Shown one piece after another: positions 25,607 to 32,000 of a DNA stretch of 32,000 nucleotides. This stretch comes from Planctomycetaceae bacterium. Lineage in GTDB: Bacteria; Planctomycetota; Phycisphaerae; Tepidisphaerales; Tepidisphaeraceae. The position numbers and the translations under genes are program-made. The stretch lies in assembly GCA_027487775.1 (NCBI GenBank), contig JAIYCY010000025.1, positions 179,692-211,691 on the forward strand, given 5' to 3'. Under the pieces are notes generated by a model. The model was not told the DNA's origin and did not search any database. It worked only from the letters and a program-made list of their open reading frames with translations. Every line of letters starts with the position of its first letter. Within the stretch, counting starts at the first letter, position 1.

Positions 25607-25744
25607 TCACGACGACCCGTGAACCCCCTGCTCGTGCACGTCGTTGGCCCGGCACCATGCCCGCACTGACAACCCGCTAGCCCGGTGAGCTTCAATCCGC
25701 TCCCGCCACATAGCCGCCGTCGGACGATCCTTCGTCGTGTTCAT
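25607..25744 (-). pseudogene. 45-codon ORF resembling the N-terminal HTH of IS66-type accessory (TnpA-like) proteins, ended by an in-frame TGA; possible IS relic
   Basis: Hand translation: MNTTKDRPTAAMWRERIEAHRASGLSVRAWCRANDVHEQGVHGSS*. The pattern W-x-x-R-I-x-x-x-R-A-S-G-x-S-x-x-A-W-C-x-A-N-x-V matches my recollection of small IS-associated HTH ORFs (...W+xR+xxFRASGxSxxAWCxxNGV...YWxRK). GC3 is high up to the TGA and drops after it. No tnpB/tnpC-like ORF is nearby. Confidence 0.3.
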
Positions 25745-25787
25745 ACCGACAGGATGTCAACTCAACTCACTGGCGCGAAGACGTGGA

Positions 25788-25973
25788 TCATCGAACGGAC
25801 ACGAAGAAGCCGAGCTGCGTCTCTTCATCGAACTCCTGCCCGCCGAACTGAAACCGCGGCAGCACGCCGTACTCGCCGGCCGTCGCCCATCCTTGACACG
25901 CATCGACCGAGCGGATGACCGACACCCTTCGCGGCGGCGTGACTGGCGCGACGAGCGGCGTCGGCTTGAGCAA
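25788..25973 (-). CDS. Hypothetical small protein (61 aa from a TTG start)
   Basis: The frame has very high GC3 (about 85% by hand count), unlike the other frames here. Sequence: LKPTPLVAPVTPPRRVSVIRSVDACQGWATAGEYGVLPRFQFGGQEFDEETQLGFFVSVR. There is no ATG or GTG in the open frame, only TTG. I recognise no family. Confidence 0.3.
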   Translation of the reverse strand: MLKPTPLVAPVTPPRRVSVIRSVDACQGWATAGEYGVLPRFQFGGQEFDEETQLGFFVSVR

Positions 25974-25998
25974 CTCTTCGATGGGCGATGGTGGGTAC

Positions 25999-28900
25999 TC
26001 ACCAGCGGTAGTAGCGGTACGGGTCGTCGCCTAGTTTGAAGTCGGGACGGTAGTCGGGGTGGTAGTAGCCGGGGGGCGGGGTGTAGGTCGCGTCGAACAG
26101 GCGGATTTCGGCGTCGGTGGCGCGTGAGCCGCCTTCGCCGAAGTGGTCCCAGATGCGGATGGCGATCCGGTTCATGCCTGGCTTGAGCAGACCAGGCGGG
26201 ACGATGTAGTGGCGTTCGACGTTCCACTGCGACTGCTCCTGCGAGCGATCGGCCGGGCTTCCGCCGATGCGGGTGCCGTTGATGTAGACGTCGTCGAAGT
26301 CGTCAATTTGTCCCAGAGAGAGGGTTAGAGATCGCTCGGCGAGATCGTGGGGCAGGTCGAAGTTGGTGGCGACGACGGACTCGCCGTTCGCGGACGAGAA
26401 CTCGCCGCCGATGGGTTCGAGCATGGAGGGATAGCGGAAGGTCTTCCATGTCGAGAGGTCTGCGTCGGCGCGGACCATCTCGAGGGCCAACTCTGTCATC
26501 GGCTCGTGCGGAGAGCGGCCGGTGCCTGTGGGGTCGGGGATGCGGCTAGTCTGGATCGCCCGCCATTGCCCGGCGAGGGGTAGCGTGGGTTCCGCGATGG
26601 CGGGAGGGGGTACGAGGAACTGGCGATCGGCGGGGAAGCTTGCGCCGAGATTGGCCAGGACCTGCGCGATTGCCCTCGTCTGACGCCAGCGGGTGAAGCG
26701 GAGGTAAGTGCGCTGGTCGGCGTCGAGCGCTGCAGGGTCGATCTGGGTCAGCACGGCCATGCCGTCGCCATGCTGGACGCGGGCGAGCAGACCGCCGGCG
26801 ACCACCTGGGGCAGTGTGGGGTCAAAGAGCACGGCCGGCGCGGGCACGCGGGCGCGCAGGTCGGACGGGCTGAGTCCGACGGCTTGCGGCCAGGCTGGCA
26901 CGGTGACGTTCCCGACGGGAAGCGATCCCATGGTGCGTTGCAAGCCGAGCGTGGTCGAGGCGTCGCCGGTCGCGAGAACCAGTGCCTTTCCGCCGGTGTT
27001 GAGGAAGGCTTTGAGCGTTTCGTCGGGGACGCCTGCCCGCGGGTCGAGCACCAGCACCGCGCCGTTTGGCTGGGCCGGGATCGAGGCGAGGCGAGTGTAT
27101 TCGACACCGACTTCGTCGAGGAGGCCCGCGGCGGCGTCGGTTCCGACGAGCATGACGGGCACTCGATCGGCCAGCGGAGCCGTGGCGGCGTGGTTGAGGA
27201 GGTTGCGAAGCAACTGGTCGGCCGCCGGGTCGTGGGCGGCCTGGTCTTCGAGATCGAGCGTGCAGAGCGTGAGTCGGCCGCGACCGATGTCGACTTCGAG
27301 CAGCGGCGTGTATTGCAGGTCGAACTCGCCTTCGAGGATCGGCCGAGCGCCGGAGCGGTGGGGCTTTTCGATCATCGCGCTGGAGACGCCGTGCCGTGTG
27401 CCCCAGCGCCATCCGTACTTGGGCATGTCGTTATCCGCCGCGGCGGCGGGGTCGCGTTCGAAGTCGGGATGCACGGGCGGCAGCATAGTCGACTCGCCCG
27501 CCCAGTCGCGCAGGTCTTCATCATCGAGTCCGGCCATCACGGGATGGGATGGGTCGACCGCGTACACATTTCGGGAGATCGGGTTGGCGACGCGGAGTCC
27601 CATGCGATCGGCGAGGGTCTGCCGCGACGGCGACATCATCAGCACGCGTCCGCCGGCGCGGATGTGGTCTTCGAGCGACTCGGGCAGCGGCTGGGCCTCG
27701 CGACCGATCACCAGCAGCCCCGTCTGCGCGCCGTCCCAGGGCCGGACTTCGATTCCGATTCTCGTGAGCATCGCTGTCGACAGGCCCTTGGGGTCGTAGA
27801 TCGAAACAGTGAGCTTCACCGGGGAAGGATCGGGAAACACGCGGAGTTGAAACGCGTCGGTGTGCTGCTCGTTGCCGATGCGGGCGCTGAGTTGGATCGT
27901 GACATCACGCTTGGCATCGACGCGCGGCAAGTCGAACTCGATCGGCGTGCGTACGTCGGTCGCGGGTTGGATCGTTCCGTTCGCACGACCGCTGGCGAGT
28001 GTCTGATCGCCGGCGACGGCGGTCCATTCGAGGGACCACTCGGCCTGCTCGCGCAGGTCGTTGATGACGATTGCCTGTTTGCTGACGGTCGCGCCGGAGG
28101 CGTAGGAGTGGGTGCGGTCGGTGAACGTCTGCGCTGGCCCGGCGATCCAGGCGAGGGTTGGTCCGTTGTTGGCAACCAGAGCCTCGCCGCCAGGGAGGAT
28201 TTTCCAGTCGGGGGCGCGAAGGTAGTTCATCCACTTCGACTCGACAGTTTCGATCCAGGGGCCGCGTCGACCGGGTTGGAACGGTGGGAGCTTGGTCGGG
28301 GGCAGAGCCGGTGGATTGAGTTCATAGCCGTGGCCCCGACTCCAGGGCACGAGGCCGCCGGTGAGGCCCCAGGTGCGCCAGGCGCGCCAGGTGTGGGTCG
28401 TGAACAGCCGCTGGATTTCCTGGAGTGCCGGGGCGTTTTCGAGCGGCGCGTTCAGCTGCCAGTTGGTGTACGTCTGGTCCTGGAGGAACTTTCGCGAGAT
28501 TTCGCCGCGGTAGTCGTCGCGCTCGAGTTCGTAGGCACGTCGGCCGAGATAGATGGCGGAGAACTCGGTCATCCACGGCTCGCAATGAACTGAGCTGGTG
28601 AAGCCATCGCGGGCGCGCATGAACGTGCTGTGCAGCGGCGTGCCGAACTCGACGGCCATGAACGGCAGCTCGCCGCTGACGGTCCATGCGCTGAGCCATT
28701 CCGTGCGGTCCTGCAGGGGCAGGAAGTTGAGGTACATGTTGTTGGTGTGGACGTCCCCGACGTACGAGCCATGGTGCGTGAAGACCGGACGGGTCGGATC
28801 GTGCTTCTTAATGATCGCGATGGCCTCGCGGCCCGCGCGGACGCTCTGGGCCCGGCTCTCGCCCTGGATGTAGTCCAATCGCCCCAGTCGCTGCGGCGCG

Positions 28901-31245
28901 GAGTCCTGCTCGTTGCCGAAGTAGTTGGCCGTGCTGCCCCACATCACGATCGAGGGGTGGTTGAGGTACTCGCGCAGCTCGCGGCTCATTCTCTGCTCGT
29001 AGCGTTCGCGCACGCCGGGGTTGTACCACTGAAGGTCCCACGAGGGCGTGCGGAGGTAGCGGGCCATGTTCAGCACGTTGCCGGAGATCAGGAAGCCCTT
29101 TTCGTCGGCGACTTCGGCAAGCAGACGGCGGCTGTGGATGGTGCCGCGCTCGTCGTGATCCCAGGGCCACATCTCGCCGAAGTTGAACCCGGCATGGATC
29201 TGGCCGTCGATGAGCGCGGCCGCGCCTTCGCGAGTCGGCGCTGCCCAGCCCCACTGGTCGTCGAGCATGTTCGGACGCAGCCGGACCTCGGTGCCATTGA
29301 GCAGAAAACGCCGACCCTCGATCCAGAATTCGCGGAAGCCAAAACGCTGCGTGATTGCATCGTCGACGCCCGCGCCGTGGACACGAAGGCGCAGGGTGTA
29401 GAGGTGCGGCGAGTTGCTGTCCCAGAGTTTGGGGTCGGGCCAGGACCAACTGACGTTCACGCTCTGGACGTCGGCCTGTCGCACCGGCGCTTCGGCTCGA
29501 AACGTGCGCGCCGTCTTGCCGGTTCCGTCAAGGACTTCGATGTCGAACGACAGATTGCCGGCGGCGGAGACCTTCTCCAGTTCGACTTCAAGTGCGAGTG
29601 ACTTTTCGCGAACCGAGGTTCTCAACGCCACGTTGCTGATGGTGGTGCCGGCGGGCCGGGAGGACAGGAGCACGTCGTCGATGATTCCGCGTGATTCGAG
29701 CCGTGCGGCGCGGCGAGTGACCTGGGTATCAGCCGTACCCATCAGCACCACGACGTCGCCGGCTTCGGGTGTGGAGACGACCTTGATGGCGAGTGTCTGT
29801 TCCACGCCGAACTTCACGGCGGGCGTGAGGTCGACCGTTCCCGCGGGCCACTCGACTCGGCCGACCTCGACCCCATCAAGCAAAACCGCCGCATCGGTGC
29901 TGACGCGGCGGAGGTTCAGGTGGATGGCGCGACCCTTCCACTCGGGAGGCACGACAATCGGCCTCTGGTACCAGGCTCGTTCGAGCGTCGCGAGATCGAT
30001 GTCGCGGGTCCACATTCCCTGCGCGACGACGCCGGGAAACCTGTCGAGCGGCTGCCACGAGCCGGGCACGCGGATGAAGCCCCAGTCGCCGTCCGGCGCC
30101 GCCGCCCGCGGACCGTCGGCGGGTTGGAAGCGCCAGAGGCCGTTGAGACAGATCACGGCGCGCGTCGGGGAAAGTTGTTCGAGCGGCTCCTCGCCCCAGC
30201 CGGATCTCATCCCGGCGGGCAGTTCGCCGCGGACCTGCGGGATCAGGCGAATGTCGGCGACATCGAAGGTGCCCGTCGCCCGGAACATCGCTGGCTCGAG
30301 GCGAAGGTAAATCGCCCCGGCCGGGATCACGTTGGTCGCCTCCAGCTCGGTCCAGGCTGAGTCGGCCTTGAGTCCGCTGGTGGCCGGCCAGGGGCCGACG
30401 CGATCGCCTTTCTCATCTTCAAAGGTCAGGTGCATGCGTGCTTCGTTCCACCCCTCCGGACCGGGCTTGATGTTCGAGGCGCGCGTCTTGAAGCGGACTG
30501 TGACCGTTGACCACTTCGGATCGATTTTCACTCGCAACATGCACGCCACGTCGCCGTTGGCGTCGGGGTTTTCGATCCGCAGGAACGTCTGCTTCTCCTC
30601 GGTGAGCACCCTGGCCCGCGCGTCGCCCGTCAGCGTCCACGCGTTCAACCCGGCCGGATCGAAGCGGCCTTCCGGGAAGTCCTTTGTCCAGACCACATGC
30701 GGAAGCGGCGGATTGGGGATGATCTGCACGTCCGCAATCATCCCGGAACCCTCGGGTGCGAAGATTCCCGGCTGCACTTCGAATCGCGCGGTGTTCTCCG
30801 GGACCGCGCCGGTCGCGGTGATCGTGACCCAGCCATCCGTCACCTCCGACACTTCGGGCGTCGGGCCGTAGCCTACTTCCTTACCGTCGGCGTTCAGGGC
30901 GCGCATGCTCACGCGGACGTTTTCCCAGGGCTGGCTCCCCCGCGTGAGACGCGACACAAAGAATCGGGCCGATACGCTCACCACCTTCCACGACGGATCG
31001 ACGTCAAGGTAGGTCTTGGCGCAGCCCATGCGGTCGGTCTTGGTCTCAAACGACAGCGCCTTCATGCCGTCGGGCCCGCCGGCCACGATCTTGAGGTTGT
31101 CGTCGTTGAGTTCGAGCCAGGCGGAGGGGTCTTCGAACGCCCCTTGTTTCAGGGCATTTTCCCCACTGCCGACCGTCCCGAGGGCAAAAGGCGAGCAGGC
31201 CGACAAGAGAGCCAGCAGCAATGCGAAGCAGAATTGGATGTTCAT
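25999..31245 (-). CDS. Secreted 1748-aa multi-domain glycoside hydrolase, GH2-like core with N-terminal CBM-like repeats and C-terminal accessory domains
   Basis: I prefer the start at MNIQFCFALLLALLSACSPFALG (ATG 31245, signal peptide); the 102 codons the track adds upstream overlap the DUF1559 gene. There are two CBM-like repeats of about 150 aa. GH2 sugar-binding region: ICLNGLWRFQP...IRVPGSWQ...AWYQRPIVVPPEWKGRAIHLNLRRVSTDAAVLLDGVEVG. TIM-barrel entry FGFREFWIEGRRFLLNG. NHPSIVMW...GNEQD. Two flavodoxin/GATase-like segments follow, then a C-terminal galactose-binding-like domain (DDFDDVYINGTRIG...NRIAIRIWD). Confidence 0.75.
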   Translation of the reverse strand: MNIQFCFALLLALLSACSPFALGTVGSGENALKQGAFEDPSAWLELNDDNLKIVAGGPDGMKALSFETKTDRMGCAKTYLDVDPSWKVVSVSARFFVSRLTRGSQPWENVRVSMRALNADGKEVGYGPTPEVSEVTDGWVTITATGAVPENTARFEVQPGIFAPEGSGMIADVQIIPNPPLPHVVWTKDFPEGRFDPAGLNAWTLTGDARARVLTEEKQTFLRIENPDANGDVACMLRVKIDPKWSTVTVRFKTRASNIKPGPEGWNEARMHLTFEDEKGDRVGPWPATSGLKADSAWTELEATNVIPAGAIYLRLEPAMFRATGTFDVADIRLIPQVRGELPAGMRSGWGEEPLEQLSPTRAVICLNGLWRFQPADGPRAAAPDGDWGFIRVPGSWQPLDRFPGVVAQGMWTRDIDLATLERAWYQRPIVVPPEWKGRAIHLNLRRVSTDAAVLLDGVEVGRVEWPAGTVDLTPAVKFGVEQTLAIKVVSTPEAGDVVVLMGTADTQVTRRAARLESRGIIDDVLLSSRPAGTTISNVALRTSVREKSLALEVELEKVSAAGNLSFDIEVLDGTGKTARTFRAEAPVRQADVQSVNVSWSWPDPKLWDSNSPHLYTLRLRVHGAGVDDAITQRFGFREFWIEGRRFLLNGTEVRLRPNMLDDQWGWAAPTREGAAALIDGQIHAGFNFGEMWPWDHDERGTIHSRRLLAEVADEKGFLISGNVLNMARYLRTPSWDLQWYNPGVRERYEQRMSRELREYLNHPSIVMWGSTANYFGNEQDSAPQRLGRLDYIQGESRAQSVRAGREAIAIIKKHDPTRPVFTHHGSYVGDVHTNNMYLNFLPLQDRTEWLSAWTVSGELPFMAVEFGTPLHSTFMRARDGFTSSVHCEPWMTEFSAIYLGRRAYELERDDYRGEISRKFLQDQTYTNWQLNAPLENAPALQEIQRLFTTHTWRAWRTWGLTGGLVPWSRGHGYELNPPALPPTKLPPFQPGRRGPWIETVESKWMNYLRAPDWKILPGGEALVANNGPTLAWIAGPAQTFTDRTHSYASGATVSKQAIVINDLREQAEWSLEWTAVAGDQTLASGRANGTIQPATDVRTPIEFDLPRVDAKRDVTIQLSARIGNEQHTDAFQLRVFPDPSPVKLTVSIYDPKGLSTAMLTRIGIEVRPWDGAQTGLLVIGREAQPLPESLEDHIRAGGRVLMMSPSRQTLADRMGLRVANPISRNVYAVDPSHPVMAGLDDEDLRDWAGESTMLPPVHPDFERDPAAAADNDMPKYGWRWGTRHGVSSAMIEKPHRSGARPILEGEFDLQYTPLLEVDIGRGRLTLCTLDLEDQAAHDPAADQLLRNLLNHAATAPLADRVPVMLVGTDAAAGLLDEVGVEYTRLASIPAQPNGAVLVLDPRAGVPDETLKAFLNTGGKALVLATGDASTTLGLQRTMGSLPVGNVTVPAWPQAVGLSPSDLRARVPAPAVLFDPTLPQVVAGGLLARVQHGDGMAVLTQIDPAALDADQRTYLRFTRWRQTRAIAQVLANLGASFPADRQFLVPPPAIAEPTLPLAGQWRAIQTSRIPDPTGTGRSPHEPMTELALEMVRADADLSTWKTFRYPSMLEPIGGEFSSANGESVVATNFDLPHDLAERSLTLSLGQIDDFDDVYINGTRIGGSPADRSQEQSQWNVERHYIVPPGLLKPGMNRIAIRIWDHFGEGGSRATDAEIRLFDATYTPPPGYYHPDYRPDFKLGDDPYRYYRW

Positions 31246-31267
31246 GAGAATGCCTGCACTCTTGGTT

Positions 31268-31993
31268 TCAGGGAACCGCTCGAGGATTTCGATAGGCCAT
31301 CGCGGCGACTTTGCGCTCGAGTGTTCGGGCGCTGCCGTCGAGCATTGCGTGATTCGACGCGTTGCCGAAGTGTCTGTTCGGGTCGCCACTTGACCATGAA
31401 GCGAAGCCCCAGTTCGGGGCGAGGATGGGATCGCCGGGTGATCCGGTGAGGTGCCAGTCGATGCTGTCACCCCAGAACGGTCGCTGCGACTGGTGCTTGA
31501 CCTTAGAGAGTCTGATGTAGCCGTTGGTGCCAGTGCCGTCGCCCAGTCCACCGACGATGGGGTTCGACCACTGATCGTCGTCGTTCAAGGGGAAGAGGTT
31601 CTGGCCGTAGCCGGTGCGCGAGGACGCGTCGATGCGGCGACCCCACTCGGGGCATCCCCAGAGCACGCCGCGGTTCTCGAAGTCGCCGTAGTTGTTGACG
31701 TTCTTGTGTCCGAGGTAGCGAGCGAGGTGCTCGGGCCAGTCGATCACGCGGTCGGGGTATCTCGCGCTGGCGGCGGGGAGCCAGCCCTTGGACTCCATGG
31801 TGTACATCAGCCCCGCGTGTGCGATCTGTCGAAGCGACGCCAGGCACTTGACCGAGTTCGCGGACTTCCGTGTGCGACTCAGGGCAGGCAGCAGCACGGC
31901 GATCAGAACCGAGATGATGCCGATCACCACGAGCAGCTCGACGAGTGTGAACCCGCGCGCGGGTGCATGAACTAGACGACGAACCCGTTCCAT
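31268..31993 (-). CDS. Prepilin-type N-terminal cleavage/methylation domain protein of the DUF1559 family (type II pseudopilin-like)
   Basis: [38 protein letters not shown] (G/FTLVE motif), then [16 protein letters not shown] and the C-terminal [12 protein letters not shown], as in planctomycetal DUF1559 proteins. It ends 22 nt before the GH2 start. Confidence 0.85.
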   Translation of the reverse strand: MERVRRLVHAPARGFTLVELLVVIGIISVLIAVLLPALSRTRKSANSVKCLASLRQIAHAGLMYTMESKGWLPAASARYPDRVIDWPEHLARYLGHKNVNNYGDFENRGVLWGCPEWGRRIDASSRTGYGQNLFPLNDDDQWSNPIVGGLGDGTGTNGYIRLSKVKHQSQRPFWGDSIDWHLTGSPGDPILAPNWGFASWSSGDPNRHFGNASNHAMLDGSARTLERKVAAMAYRNPRAVP

Positions 31994-32000
31994 GTTGCCT

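Noticed and set aside
25462-25720. Possibility that the minus-strand region before the terminator is a known structured RNA (tmRNA, RNase P, 6S, SRP, cobalamin riboswitch)
   Set aside because: I could not find the diagnostic motifs: the GAGGAAAGUCCGGGC core of RNase P, the tRNA-like acceptor/T-arm and CCA end of tmRNA, the SRP GGAA tetraloop helix, or the B12 box. A novel sRNA cannot be excluded without a covariance search.
25755-25760. Perfect TTGACA (minus strand) as a promoter for the HTH mini-ORF
   Set aside because: It lies only 10 nt before the ATG and has no acceptable -10 element at 16-18 nt spacing.

Overview
This is a high-GC bacterial chromosomal window. I found no rRNA, tRNA or CRISPR array by eye. 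A DUF1559 prepilin-type gene next to a giant glycoside hydrolase suggests a Planctomycetota/Phycisphaerae-like genome; that placement is inference. Contents from left to right: (1) a partial secreted PAF-AH-like hydrolase (-), a lutA-like Fe-S protein (-) and glutamate dehydrogenase (+). (2) About 420 bp of G-skewed, apparently non-coding DNA, an orphan ComJ/Nin-like gene (-) and a 330-bp AT-rich divergent region. (3) A tightly packed 7-kb ABC-transporter-dependent glycan operon: wzm, wzt with a C-terminal glycan-binding-type extension, and four GT2 genes holding five GT2 modules, several of them tandem paralogues. (4) A small disordered ORF followed by an orphan error-prone polymerase dnaE2 that carries an in-frame, low-GC, hairpin-forming insertion. 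(5) An envelope-lipid-looking trio: lipoprotein esterase, ICMT-family methyltransferase and WS/DGAT-condensation-like acyltransferase. (6) An lptD-like gene coupled to a PfkB-family kinase by an ATGA overlap, then dapB, queG and hisI. (7) A DUF1559 pseudopilin-like gene directly upstream of a 1748-aa multi-domain GH2-like secreted enzyme. The tail of that operon holds a short high-GC3 ORF, an IS-type HTH relic stopped by an in-frame TGA, and a strong intrinsic terminator. I see no clear-cut new defence or mobile system. The best second-look candidates are the dnaE2 insertion, the modular GT2 array with a shared helical tail, the esterase/methyltransferase/acyltransferase trio, the orphan ComJ-like gene and the pseudopilin-GH2 pair. 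All family calls come from motif recognition by eye, not database searches.
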